In this document: piece by piece, positions 21,034-34,665 of the stretch
Layout: every line of letters begins with the position of its first letter
Numbering within the stretch: the stretch's first letter is position 1
NCBI GenBank assembly: GCA_037447605.1
Contig: CM074812.1
Coordinates: 3,316,803-3,380,802, forward strand
Source of the DNA: Zygnema circumcarinatum SAG 698-1b
Lineage: Eukaryota; Plantae; Zygnematophyceae
DNA length: 64,000 bases
Direction: 5' to 3'
The notes under the pieces: generated by a model
What the model was told of the DNA's origin: nothing
Database searches by the model: none
The model's input: only the letters and a program-made list of their open reading frames with translations
Position numbers and translations under genes: made by a program

Positions 21034-24000
21034 ATGTGGAGACCAGCGAAGAGGGCATGGACGCCTCTCAGGTCACAGCTTCAGAGGAGATCAGCACGCC
21101 TGAGAGCGCGGGAGCTGAGCTTGAAGCAACGCCAAACGTGGAGGCAGCCGTGGGAGTCGAACCTGAGGAGCCGCAAGCGGGGGAGCCGCAACCTTCGACG
21201 GAGACGGCACCACTACACACTCACCTGTCCGACGAGGAGAACTCGGCCGAAACTGTACCTTTGCATGGGCAGGAGTCTGAGGATTTGGAGACGGCTGAGA
21301 GAGAGGCTATGTTGTCGAGCATGCCTCCCGGGTTTGTCCCGGGGATTTTCTTCAACACGAGGAGCCGGAGAGCGCAAGGACCTCGGAGGAGCACCCGTGT
21401 GGTGAGGAGGCCTGATCACTACAGGCCTTCGCAGACTAACCTAGTACAGGAAAGAGTGCCTACAGACTCAGCGGACCTCGCGGGAGCTGCCCACTGTTTT
21501 ATGATCACCGAACCGCAAACCTTTGAGGAAGCGCACGACGGGGTCGATGGAGAGAAGTGGCGAGCAGCAATCGACAGCGAGTGGGACAGTTTGCTGGAGA
21601 ACGGCACATGGCGACTTGAGGAGCTGCCGAGGGGAAGGAGGGCCATTGGATGCAAGTGGGTGTTCAAGGTGAAGCGAAAGGCGGACGGGAGTGCTCGGGT
21701 TGGCTAACAACACGGGTGGTGGCGAAGGGCTCCTAGCCAGGGCGTACGGAGCTCCATGACTGAGAGCTTCCTCCTGTGGTGAAGTTCAACTCTCTTCCGT
21801 GCCCTGACATCGATCCCCAGCAGCCGAGGGAACCACGGACACCATTTTTACATCAGACTTGTGCTGCAGTGCACGGAGATCCTCGCTGAGGAGATCTACA
21901 TGGTACAGCGAAGGAGAAGTTGTCACGGCGGGAGCGCATCGTTTGTAGATGCTTGTGGCAGAGTAAATGCAGGGCCCGAAAGCGAGAGCGCCGAGTTGAG
22001 TACGAGAAAATTGATGACCTCTTGCGGAGTAACGGATTTGCGCGATTCGAGACGGATCATTCCGTGTACCGACAAGGAGAAGAGGCGGATCTCATGTACG
22101 TTGGGATCTACGTGGACGACCTCATAATGGTGAGCCTCTCATTGGAGAGAATCAATGATTTGAAGCAGCTTTTGGAAGCTAACTTCAAAATGTCGGATCT
22201 AGGGGAGGCGCAGTATCTCCTAGGAATGCAGTTGAAGAGGGGGCAGGACGGTAGCTTATTTCTTTGTCAGAAGAAGTACGCCGCAGATATACTTGCCAGG
22301 TTCAAAATGGAGGAGTGCCGTCCTTGTTCGAGTCCGATGGAGATCGGAATGCGATTGTCGAGAGATATGATGCCGGCGACAGATGCGGAGGTACAGAGAA
22401 TGTACGGAGTGCCGTACAGATCGGCAATCGGGAGTTTAATGTATCTGATGATAGGTACTCGTCCTGACTTGGCAAAAGCCGTGAGCTCAGCAAGTCGGTT
22501 CATGGAGAATCCCGGTCCTGAACATTGGGAGGCCGTGAAGCGGATTTTCAGATTCGTGAAAGGGACCTTGGATTACGGTCTCAGATTTGAAAGGGGGCCA
22601 ACCAGAGTGATCGGGTACACCGACTCTGATTGGGGAGGTGATGTGGACACGTCACGATCGACGTCAGGATTTGTGTTCCTGAACGGAGGAGGCGCGATCT
22701 CATGGAGCTCGAAGTTACAAGATTCGGTGGCGCTGTCGAGCACCGAAGGAGAGTACATGGGAGCGTGCCATGCAGCGAAGGAGGGGATGTGGTTCCAACA
22801 TTTCTTTGATGAATGTAAGCAACCACAAACACCATTGACTCTTTTTACGGACAACCAGTCATCTATAGCCCTCATGGAGAACCCTGTGTTTCATAAGAGA
22901 ACCAAGCACATTAGGGTGCAATATCATTATGTGCGAGAGTTGGTAGAGGAAGGGATGATAGTGGTGAAGTTTGTAGGAACAAAAGAGCAGGCTGCAGACA
23001 TGTTGACCAAGGGGGTCAGTGGGGAGACACTACTAGTGAACAGCAGATTGATTGGGCTAGGGCCCATGAGGAACTGAGTCCCAAGAGGGGGATTGTTAGT
23101 GTTAGTGTATGATAGTTAGACATTGTATGGCACACACTAACTTGTTGTGGTACTCAGTTTGTAGAACATGAGATCTGCTAGGCGTAGTGCTCTTAGATTT
23201 AGGAATGTCGGTGCGTTCACTCAGGTGAGCGCCGCTGGCGCGCTGAGTACCTAACGAAGCCGGGCGCCGGATTGACGCTGGGCGCCGACACATGTGCGCC
23301 GGAGAACGACGCCAAGAATCCTTTGATTGTCGAATGTAGTCGCCGATTCGCTGAAGTACGGACGACGCTACAAGAATCCTTGATTGGTCGCTGGCGCGCT
23401 GAACGCTGAGCCAGTTGCGCGCTGAAACGCATATAGATATTTTTGGCGGCTAACCGAATGCATTAATGGACCACTCTGCAATGTGGGTCCGCCAGTTTCG
23501 AGTGTACGGGCCGAGGTGTCGGCGGCTTAAGATCGGAAGGAGCGCCGGGCGAAACGGGCTAAATCAGACGGATGCGTACGGTAAAAGCCTATTAAGAATC
23601 CAGTCGGGCGCTTCGCCGTAGGTTTACGGTGCGCGTTCTTAGTCGGTCGCTATTCCTGAGTGCGCCCACTCAGACTCAGTGCATGGGTTTGCAATGGCGG
23701 ACGCGACGTGACATGTGTGTCACGTCACGGACGCCATATTATATAGTGCATAGTTTTATTATGGGAAGTAACCCACCCACACTACTTTGTCATAGTCTCG
23801 GGTCTTATTCTGTGCCTGCTCGTGCTGCTAGGCTGCCTACACTTGTGTCGTGAGGTAGTGAGTGAGAGGGACCTTGAAGTAGTGGGAGAACTTCATTGTG
23901 GGAAGACAGTTTTATTATAAGGAGTTTTAGAGCCGTGAGCTTTCTCCTAACACTCTCTCATTGTGATTTCCGCTGTGCTTGTCTTGTAGCTTCATTCTGT

Positions 24001-24132
24001 TGTTATGGGCGATGAGTGAAGTAAGATAGAGCTTTGAGTGTTTGAATGTCTTCATCCGTGGGAACTCAAGTTCCAATGGAGGGCGACACCCGAGGTGGCG
24101 CCGGAAGTGGGGAGCAAACCCCTGCTTCAACA
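21034..24132 (+). mobile_element. pol: Ty1/Copia family A, 3' half: RT/RNase H (21034-23077), PPT and a 1039-bp 3' LTR (23094-24132)
   Basis: IGCKWVFKVK, YVDD, GYTDSDWGG, KRTKHI motifs; LTR TG...CA. Confidence 0.95.
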
Positions 24133-24265
24133 AAAACGACCGCAAAGCTTTTGCCTACGGCAACGCAAAAACGAGAAATGCTTTTTTCACACCTTTCTGG
24201 AATCAATACAAACCTTTTCCGTCGGGTAGATTTTACCCCTGATTTTTTTTTTGGAGAGAAAAAAT

Positions 24266-27200
24266 TGTTAGTGTTAGTGTATGATAGTTAAGCATTACAT
24301 AGTACACACTAACTTGGTTGTGGTACTCAGTCATGGAAACTACCTAGTATGAGTCGCGATGACGTCAGCAACCTAGTCTGTCTCTCATTCTGTGCCAGCT
24401 CGTGTTGCTAGGCTGCCTTGCTCGTGTTGTGAGGTAGTGAGTAAGAGAAGATAGGTTCAAAGGGTGGGAAGTGAACTTTCATGTGGGAAGACATTTATTA
24501 AGGAGTTTTAGAGCCGTGAGCTTTCTCCTACACTTCTCTCGATTGATTTCCGCTGTGCTTGTCTCTGGTGTTCATTCTGTAGTTATGGGCGATGAGTGAA
24601 TTGTGAGATAGAGCTTTGAGAGTGCAAGAGTGGAAATGTCTTCATCGGTGGGAACACGAGTTCCTGTGGAGGGCGACACGCGAGGTGGAGCCGGAAGCAG
24701 CGAGATGTCCCCTACTTCAACAAGTGGTATCAGAGCCAATGGTGGCGACGAGGACCACGTGAAGTTCAGCATCCCGGCGTTCGATGGATCGGACTACAAG
24801 GGGTGGAGGTGGCGGCTGGTCCCCTTGCTCGTGGGCAAGGGGCTGTTAGGGTACGTTGACGGCACCATCAAGGCACCAGTGCTACCGGAGGGAGCCACGG
24901 CGAGCAGCAGTCGGAGTTCGACACGGCGCTCACCAGATGGAAGGCCAAGGACAACAAGGCCCTTACCCAGATCGTCATGAGTGTGAGGGGAAGTCCCTCC
25001 TCTATGCTGTATGATCTCAAGACCTCACATGCGATGTGGAGGTGCTTAGAAGAGATGTATGATGTAAAGGATAATGTGACGATTGTCAACCTTTACACGC
25101 AGCTAGGGAAAATGAAGATGTCCTCAGATGAGAAACTTAGCGAATATATGGTCAGGTTTGATACTCTGATGGAAAGGTTCATAGCCCTTCAGAAACCATT
25201 AGAGAGTGATCATAAGATTAGCCAGTTTCTGGGGGGACTGCCTGCCCGTTTTGATGTAGCAGTTGCGGCTCTTAGAACCGTCCTAACAAATTCGAAAATG
25301 ACCCTTGAGCAAGTGAAGCGAAGGATCAAGGAGGAGGACTCAGTTCAAGACGTTGGCAGCACCGAGGAGAAGGTGCTCGCGGCCGCATTACCACGCCAAG
25401 ACCAAGAGGAGGCGCTGTGTGAAGCCGTACCAGAGAAGTGTCCCGCTGGAGTGTGCTACACGTGTGGCAAGAGCGGCCACTACCGCATCACATAAGAACA
25501 AGGGGACCCTGATCGGGAGGAGCGCCTGCCATCCATCAAGAAGGATAAGAAGGGGTTCAAGGACCTCGCCTGGGCGCAAGAAGCGTGGCCACAAGAGTGC
25601 AGATTGCAGAGTGGCGGTGGAGACCAACCTCATGGTGACTGAACATTTTGACTTTGTTGGGAAGATCCAGGTTCAGGATCTGAAGCGGCCATGGCTGATC
25701 GACTCTGGCGCTTCCACACACATGTGTGGCGACAAGCAAATGTTTTCCACGTTGGACACGTTGGAGAGGACACGTTCCGTTCACTCAGCTACCGGAGAGG
25801 GAGTGACAGTCACGAAAGGAGGTGAAGTCAAGATGATCCCGAGACGGCTCCTGCGATCTACTAAGAAAAGAGGTAAGAGCGCCTTCGCGATTTGGGTGAC
25901 GCCCTTCACACCCCCAGCTGAAACAGAATGGCGTCCTAGCCAAGTGTATATAAGAAGGGTAAGGAGGTCACGTTCAGAGAGAAGTCATGTGTAGCTACTC
26001 ACCTTGTGACGGGGAAGCAGCTGTTTAAGGGGTTTGAGAAAGGAGGGTTGTATTACCTTCACTATAGGAGAGAAGAAGACGAGGAAGTCATGGCCGTGGC
26101 TGAAGATGCAGTGAATCTCTGGCATCGTAGACTTGGTCACCTCAACCATAGGGGCTTGCAGCAACTGGCAGAAAAGGGGCTGGTCCGTGGGTTGGATGTT
26201 GACGTAGTTGAGAAGGAGCTCGGTTTTTGCAAAGAGTGTGTGGAGGGGAAGGCGCATAGGAAACCGTTCGCGAGGAGTGGAGAAGAGGCGTTCCACGCAA
26301 AGGAGAAGTTGGAGTTAGTCCATACCGACCTCTGCGGCCCCGTGACACCGGCAACGACAGGAGGAGCCCGTTACTTCATCACCTTCCTCGACGACTTTTC
26401 GAGGAAGATCTGGGTGAAGATTCTCAAGAACAAGTCTGAGGCATTCGGAGGCTTCAGAGATTGGCAGATTCAGATGGAGAGAGAGACTGGACACAAGTTG
26501 AAGACTCTTCGTTCAGATAACGGAGGCGAGTTCAAGTCCAAGGAGTTCGGTGAATACCTGAAGTCTCGAGGCATAAGGCATGAATTCTCTGCTCCCGATT
26601 CCCCTCAAAGTAATGGAGCTGCTGAGAGAGTTAACATGACGTTGGGGGACATGGCGCGGACCATGCTAATTAATTCCCCATTTCAGGCATCTTTTTGGGG
26701 AGAGGCAGTGATGACTGCCGCTTACCTTAGGAACAGATGTCCATCCTCTGTCCTCAAGGATCAGGTTCCTGAGGATGTGTGGAGTGGGAGGAAACCCACG
26801 GTCACTCACCTGAAGGCATTCGGAGCGCGGTGTTGGTCGATAGTTCCAAAAGCGAAGCAGAAGAGGAAGTTCGACCCGAGAGCCGTAAAAGGGTACATTC
26901 TCGGCTACAACGCTGACAGTCGCACCTACAGGGTGTGGAACCCCCGATTGAATGAAGTTCAGAGTTCGAGGGATGTCACGGTGGATGAGAGAGGGGCGGT
27001 GGCACAACTAGGTGAGAGCCGACCCCAGAAGGCAGATTTGGAAATTGTGTACGAGGATGTGGAGACTAGTGGAGGAGGCGACGATGCTTCCCCAGTCCCG
27101 GCCCTGGAGGAGATCAGCACGCCAGAGAGCGGAGGAGCTGAGCCAGAGGCAGCACCAAGCGCTGAGGCGGCAGTCGGAGATGAACCCGAAGCGCCGCATG

Positions 27201-29457
27201 CGGGAGAACCGCAAGGCTCGGTGGAGACGGCTCCGGTACACACGCATCTGTCAGACGAGGAGAACTCGGACGAGACCGTTCCATTGCATCGACAAGGGTC
27301 TGATGACTTGGAGGCGGAAGAGAGAGAGGCGATGTTATCGAACATGCCTCCAGGGTTTGTTCCCGGCATCTTCTTCAACCCAAGAAGTGGGAGAGTGCAA
27401 GGAGTCCGGAGGAGCAGCCGAGCGGTGAGGAAGCCTGATCGTTTCAGGCCCTCACAAAATAACCTGGTGCAAGAGAGAGTGCCTTCAGACTCCGCTGATC
27501 TCGCAGGTGTTGCTCATTGCTTCATGATTACCGAGCCGCAAACGTTTATGGAGGCTCATGATGGGGTCGATGGAGATAAGTGGAGAGCGGCGATAGACAG
27601 CGAATGGGATAGTCTGATTGAGAATGGCACGTGGCGACTGCAGANNNNNNNNNNGTACGGAGTTGACTATACGGAGACATTCGCCCCAGTGGTGAAGTTC
27701 AACTCCCTTAGAGCCTTGATCTCGATTGCAGCAGCGGAGGGGATGCATGTCCATCAGTTGGACATCAAGACCGCGTTTTTGTACGGAGATCTCACCGAGG
27801 AGATCTACATGGAGCAGCCCGAAGGAAAGGTGGCTCCCGGTCAAGAGCATCTCGTTTGTCGTCTAGTGAAGAGCCTGTACGGACTGAAACAGGCGCCCAG
27901 GATATGGTACGAGAAGATAGATGATCTTCTCAGGAGGAACGGATTTGCGCGATTTGAGACGGATCATTCCGTCTACCGACAAGGAGAGGGGGAGGATCTC
28001 ATGTACGTTGGGATCTACGTTGACGACCTCATTATGGTGAGTCTCTCGTTGGAGAGAATCAATGATTTGAAGTAGCTCTTGCAAGCTAACTTCAAGATGT
28101 CGGATCTAGGGGAGGCGCAGTATCTGTTAGGGATTCAGCTGAAGAGGGGGCAGGACGGCAGCCTCTTCCTGAGTCAGAAGTAGTACGCGATGGATGTACT
28201 TGCGAGATTTCACATGGAGGATTGCAGACCGTGCACCAGCCCGATGGAGATCGGGGCGCGACTTTCGAAGAACATGTCGCCCACAACGGATGCGGAGGTA
28301 CAGCGGATGTACGGAGTGCCGTACAGATCTGCTATCGGAAGTCTCATGTACTTGATGATAGGTACGCGACTGGACTTGGCCAAAGCCGTGAGCTCCGCAA
28401 GTCGGTTCATGGAGAATCCAGGACCCGAACATTGGGATGCCGTGAAGAGAATCTTCAGGTATGTCCGGGGAACCTTGGAGTACGGCCTCAGATACGAGAG
28501 GGGGCCGAATCGGGTGATTGGTTACACCGATTCAGATTGGGGTGGTGACGTGGACACGTCAAGATCAACTTCAGGATTCGTATTCCTGAATGGAGGCGGA
28601 GCCATCTCGTGGAGCTCCAAGCTTCAAGATTCAGTGGCGTTGTCAAGCACCGAGGGCGAGTACATGGGGGCTTGCCATGCAGCGAAGGAGGGAGTGTGGT
28701 TTCAACATTTCTTCGAGGAGTGTAAGAGGCCGCAACTGCCCGTGGCTCTGTTCACGGATAATTAGTCGTCCATTGCCTTGGTGGAAAATCCAGTGTTCCA
28801 CAAGAGGACCAAGCACATCAGAGTGCAGTATCACTATGTGCGAGAGTTGGTGGAGGAAGGGATGATCGTTGTGAAGTCCGTTGGAACAAAAGAGCAGGCT
28901 GCATATATGTTGACAAAAGGTGTTAGCGGAGAGACCATACTAGTGAATAGCAGGCTTATTGGGCTGGGGCCCATGAGAGACTGAGTCCCAAGAGGGGGAT
29001 TGTTAGTGTTAGTGTATGATAGTTAAGCATTACATAGTACACACTAACTTGGTTGTGGTACTCAGTCATGGAAACTACCTAGTATGAGTCGCGATGACGT
29101 CAGCAACCTAGTCTGTCTCTCATTCTGTGCCAGCTCGTGTTGCTAGGCTGCCTTGCTCGTGTTGTGAGGTAGTGAGTAAGAGAAGATAGGTTCAAAGGGT
29201 GGGAAGTGAACTTTCATGTGGGAAGACATTTATTAAGGAGTTTTAGAGCCGTGAGCTTTCTCCTACACTTCTCTCGATTGATTTCCGCTGTGCTTGTCTC
29301 TGGTGTTCATTCTGTAGTTATGGGCGATGAGTGAATTGTGAGATAGAGCTTTGAGAGTGCAAGAGTGGAAATGTCTTCATCGGTGGGAACACGAGTTCCT
29401 GTGGAGGGCGACACGCGAGGTGGAGCCGGAAGTAGCGAGATGTCCCCTACTTCAACA
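24266..29457 (+). mobile_element. Full-length young Ty1/Copia element: 457-bp LTRs (24266-24722, 29001-29457), gag-PR-IN-RT-RH
   Basis: 5-bp TSD AAAAT (24261-24265, 29458-29462); PBS 24725-24736; CYTCGKSGH knuckle, WLIDSGASTH, LWHRRLGH, LELVHTDLCGP, YVDD, TDSDW; LTRs near identical (one C/T difference seen). Confidence 0.97.
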
Positions 29458-30011
29458 AAAATATCGGCTTGCCCGAATCTGATAGAGCGGAAAATCCGTC
29501 CGCCACGAGATCGTTCGCGGGTGTGCGTCCTTCACAAGTGCGGTGAATCTCCGCCGTCGATTCTCTCGCAGATTGCACAACGGCAGATCACCGTTCGATC
29601 TGCAGTCGGGCTCGGTCCCAGCGAATGGCACGTGCCCACGTGTCCCGCCGAAGCCAAAATGCAGTGATAGGGTGTCATTTTCCTTGGTTAGCAGAAATAA
29701 AATCAGCCGACGGAAGAAGGTGGGTATCGATTCCAAAAAGGTGTGAAAAAAGCATTTTCCGTTTTTAATCCCTTTTGAAATCTGCCCGGCCGGGAAGGGG
29801 AGTTTGGATCCAAAAAAGGGGTGGAAATATCACTACCCCAAAAACAACAGGCTGCGGATCAAGATCCTCGTGCGTTGCCTTTTTATAGAAATGTCTTCGA
29901 ACCTTAATTATGTGAAGTGAACTGAAACGGAAACTGATCGAACACATAAGCTGAATGGGTACGCGATATACCCCATTTTCTGCGCATTCGATCCAACAAA
30001 ACNNNNNNNNN

Positions 30012-31358
30012 NGCGAGTACATGGGGGCTTGCCATGCAGCGAAGGAGGGAGTGTGGTTTCAACATTTCTTCGAGGAGTGTAAGAGGCCGCAACTGCCCGT
30101 GGCTCTGTTCACGGATAATTAGTCGTCCATTGCCTTGGTGGAAAATCCAGTGTTCCACAAGAGGACCAAGCACATCAGAGTGCAGTATCACTATGTGCGA
30201 GAGTTGGTGGAGGAAGGGATGATCGTTGTGAAGTCCGTTGGAACAAAAGAGCAGGCTGCATATATGTTGACAAAAGGTGTTAGCGGAGAGACCATACTAG
30301 TGAATAGCAGGCTTATTGGGCTGGGGCCCATGAGAGACTGAGTCCCAAGAGGGGGATTGTTAGTGTTAGTGTATGATAGTTAAGCATTACATAGTACACA
30401 CTAACTTGGTTGTGGTACTCAGTCATGGAAACTACCTAGTATGAGTCGCGATGACGTCAGCAACCTAGTCTGTCTCTCATTCTGTGCCAGCTCGTGTTGC
30501 TAGGCTGCCTTGCTCGTGTTGTGAGGTAGTGAGTAAGAGAAGATAGGTTCAAAGGGTGGGAAGTGAACTTTCATGTGGGAAGACATTTATTAAGGAGTTT
30601 TAGAGCCGTGAGCTTTCTCCTACACTTCTCTCGATTGATTTCCGCTGTGCTTGTCTCTGGTGTTCATTCTGTAGTTATGGGCGATGAGTGAATTGTGAGA
30701 TAGAGCTTTGAGAGTGCAAGAGTGGAAATGTCTTCATCGGTGGGAACACGAGTTCCTGTGGAGGGCGACACGCGAGGTGGAGCCGGAAGTAGCGAGATGT
30801 CCCCTACTTCAACAAAAATATCGGCTTGCCCGAATCTGATAGAGCGGAAAATCCGTCCGCCACGAGATCGTTCGCGGGTGTGCGTCCTTCACAAGTGCGG
30901 TGAATCTCCGCCGTCGATTCTCTCGCAGATTGCACAACGGCAGATCACCGTTCGATCTGCAGTCGGGCTCGGTCCCAGCGAATGGCACGTGCCCACGTGT
31001 CCCGCCGAAGCCAAAATGCAGTGATAGGGTGTCATTTTCCTTGGTTAGCAGAAATAAAATCAGCCGACGGAAGAAGGTGGGTATCGATTCCAAAAAGGTG
31101 TGAAAAAAGCATTTTCCGTTTTTAATCCCTTTTGAAATCTGCCCGGCCGGGAAGGGGAGTTTGGATCCAAAAAAGGGGTGGAAATATCACTACCCCAAAA
31201 ACAACAGGCTGCGGATCAAGATCCTCGTGCGTTGCCTTTTTATAGAAATGTCTTCGAACCTTAATTATGTGAAGTGAACTGAAACGGAAACTGATCGAAC
31301 ACATAAGCTGAATGGGTACGCGATATACCCCATTTTCTGCGCATTCGATCCAACAAAA
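30012..31358 (+). repeat. Exact-looking duplicate of 28655-30001 (Copia RNase H + 3' LTR 30358-30814 + flank), probably an assembly artefact
   Basis: Constant 1357-bp offset, N-gaps on both sides. Confidence 0.8.
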
Positions 31359-31601
31359 CNNNNNNNNNNCTGACGTTTGTTACGTTTGGTTTGGGTGGTA
31401 TCAAACCGAACAAAAAGTGACGGAAAAGGAAAGTTACGAAAGTCAACAGGCCAACCAATCTGCCGCGCGTCGCATCTGCGCGTCGTATGCGCGTGTCGCA
31501 TGAACGATGTCGCCGGTGTCGCACGCGCGCGTCGCGAAATTTGGACCGTCCGATCAGCCACTATTGATTAATGATGACGTCAGCCATCCCTCGCTGCGAG
31601 A

Positions 31602-32014
31602 TGTTGGTGGAGGGACTCCTCCACTGCTGCCGGCTTCTCCACTCGCATCACCTTCCATCGGAGTTCGCGTTCCAATCGATGATGACATTTCCCAAACTCT
31701 CACATTCACTCATAGCCCATTTTACTCACAAAGTGAACCTCTCAGAATATGCACAGCGGAATAACAGAGAGAAAAGGATAGGAGAAAGTTCTCGGCTCTA
31801 AAACTCCTTAATAATAATCTTATCAACACAAAATGAGAGACCCCCTCTCAAATAGCCCAATAAACTCAAAAGCCCACTACCTCGCAGCACAAGCAAGTGT
31901 AATGTTAAGCAACACGAGCATCAGCTTCTCAGAGTCTACAATAGCTACGTTGATAATCAGAAGTTAAAGATTAACAACCAAACAAAACAACACACTATAT
32001 ACTATGTCACAACA
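31602..32014 (-). mobile_element. Copia family-B LTR, partial
   Basis: Matches 41647-41903 and 33017 onward. Confidence 0.85.
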
Positions 32015-32633
32015 NNNNNNNNNNCGAAACTCCTACGGAACAACCGCGATATCATCTTCCCCTGTTCTCCACCTCCTCCCGACTTCCATTTCTTACACTC
32101 GCCTGTCTAGCTGAGGAGTTGCTGGTGGTGCTTGCTGCCGTTTTGTTCAGAAATCTACCGTAACCAAACCTTATGTCGCTGCGGTTTCTCTGCCGTTCTG
32201 CTGCTGCAACAACTGCTGCATTTCTTCCTACCAGAGAAACCGAAATGACCGACAAATAATGATTGGTGGAGGAGGAGGAGGAAAGAGGAAGGAGGAGGAA
32301 GGAACATGGAGTGTGGTGAAAGGGAGAATGGTGGAAGGGCGAAGGAAGAAAAAGGAGAGGGTGTTGAGGAAGGAGGAGGAGGAGGAAGGCGGAGGAAGGA
32401 ACATGGAGTGTGGTGAGAGGGAAAATGGTGGAAGGGCGAAGGAAGAAGTTGAAGAGGGTGTTGAAGAAGGATGGAGGCTACTAACTAACAAGTCAATCAG
32501 TCAGTCAGTCAGTCTGTCGGCCAGTCTGTGAGTCCGTCTGTTAGTCAGTCAATCAGAAGTTAGGCAGTGTCTGTCAGTCAGTCGGTCAGTCAGTCAGTCA
32601 GTTAAGTTGTCCGTCGTTTTTTTTTTTCATTTT

Positions 32634-32802
<169 letters not shown>

Positions 32803-33016
32803 ATTTTCGTGTGTGACGTTTACAAACAAAAAAGTCAACAAACTAACAAGTCAGTCAGTCAGTCAGTCAGTCAGTCTATGAGTCCGTCTATCAGTCAGTC
32901 ATTCAGAAGTCAGTCAGTGTTTGTCAGTCAGTCGGCCAATCAGTCAGTCAGCTAGGTTGTCCGTCCATAGTCAGTCAGTCCTCTGGACTTAAAAGATTTT
33001 ACAGTCCTCTGGACTT

Positions 33017-34021
33017 TGTTGGTGGAGGGACTCCTCCACTGCTGCCGGCTTCTCCACTCGCATCACCTTCCATCGGAGTTCGCGTTCCAATCGATGATGA
33101 CATTTCCCAAACTCTCACATTCACTCATAGCCCATTTTACTCACAGAGTGAACCTCTCGAGGTATGCCGGTAGGAATAGCAGAGAAAGGATAGGAGAAAG
33201 CTCTCGGCTCTAAAACTCCTTAATAATAATCTTATCAACACAAAATGAGAGACCCCCTCTCAAATAGCCCAATAAACTCAAAAGCCCACTACCTCGCAGC
33301 ACAAGCAAGTGTAATGTTCAGCAACACGAGCATCAGCTTCTCAGAGTCTACAATAGCTACGTTGATAATCAGAAGTTAAAGATTAACAACCAAACAAAAC
33401 AACACACTATATACTATGTCACAACATCCGTGACACTACCATACAACGAAGCTCACAACATTGGCTAGCGGCCCCAAAGGAGCCCTATCCGATCTAATCT
33501 GTAGCGGAAATTGGATACAAATTAGGCTCCACCGCAGTTGCATTACGCGTTTTCCTCCGTCAGTCCGACTGCGGCCTCTAAGCTAATCCGTCTTGCTTGT
33601 AGTAGGATGGGCCCGCCTCCAAGATTGATGACTGGCGTCAAAACTCAGCACGATAAAATTACTTACGCCACCGACATGCGGCTCCGTACAATGTGATGAA
33701 TGTCAGCGGCATTTTGGCGCCCGCGCCGGCGTCAAGTCGAATCGTTCAATCAAAGGTTGGCAGCGCCCAGCGTCACTTCGGTCCTTGGCGCGGGGCCAGC
33801 TGGCGTCGTATCTTCCGGTGGCTCAGCCCGGCGTCCGTATATCTGCGTCACTTTTAGATTCGTCGCGTGGCGCCTGCGTCGCCGACTCCGCTGGCGCCAT
33901 AACCGGCCGAAATAATAAGATGCCGCGCCTACCCCAGCAGAAGCACACGCCATAGGAAACACACAACACAAACACACAAAACTAATGTTCCAACAAAACA
34001 TGCTAACTATCATACACTAAC
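33017..34021 (-). mobile_element. Copia family-B LTR, about 1 kb
   Basis: Same GACTT flank as the LTR at 37207, so probably an alternative assembly of the same locus. Confidence 0.8.
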
Positions 34022-34665
34022 CACGGGGCACACGGCGTAATTAAAATTGGCTGGCGTGGAGCAGCACCATAGCGTGCAGCCGGGCATTGTCAACCCGACA
34101 ATCACCCGATCCAGCGATGCACGAAAACGTAAAGAGGCGAATAGAGCCAAAATGAGAGCGTTTCATTAGCATGCGGGGCGTCGGCGGCGTTTAGATGGCG
34201 AAACTCTGGAACAACAGCGATATCATCTTCCCTGTTGTTCTCCACCTCCTCCCGACTTCCATTTCTTACACTCCTTTTTGTCACCAGAGTTCTTCGGTGT
34301 GCTTCTTTGCTTTAGTTTTGTTGAAATCTCACGCAGTGAAAGCGAACCTTATGTATTGCGGTTTCTACGCGTTCTATTTCTTTGCAACAATTTGCTCGTT
34401 TCTTCCTACCGAGAGAAACGAAATGACCGACAAATAATGATTGGTGGAGGAGGAGGAGGAAAGAGGAAGGAGGAGGAAGGAACATGGAGTGTGGTGAAAG
34501 GGAGAATGGTGGAAGGGCGAAGGAAGAAAAAGGAGAGGGTGTTGAGGAAGGAGGAGGAGGAAGAANNNNNNNNNNNNNNNNNNNNNNNNNNNNNNNNNNN
34601 NNNNNNNNNNNNNNNNNNNNNNNNNNNNNNNNNNNNNNNNNNNNNNNNNNNNNNNNNNNNNNNNN

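Noticed and set aside
28073-28765. In-frame stops in the young Copia pol as programmed readthrough
   Set aside because: They fall at arbitrary positions (TAG for CAG/AAG) in an error-rich assembly; mutation or base-call error is more likely
30012-31358. Tandem Copia duplication
   Set aside because: Appears identical to 28655-30001 including the flank and is bounded by N-gaps; likely an assembly overlap
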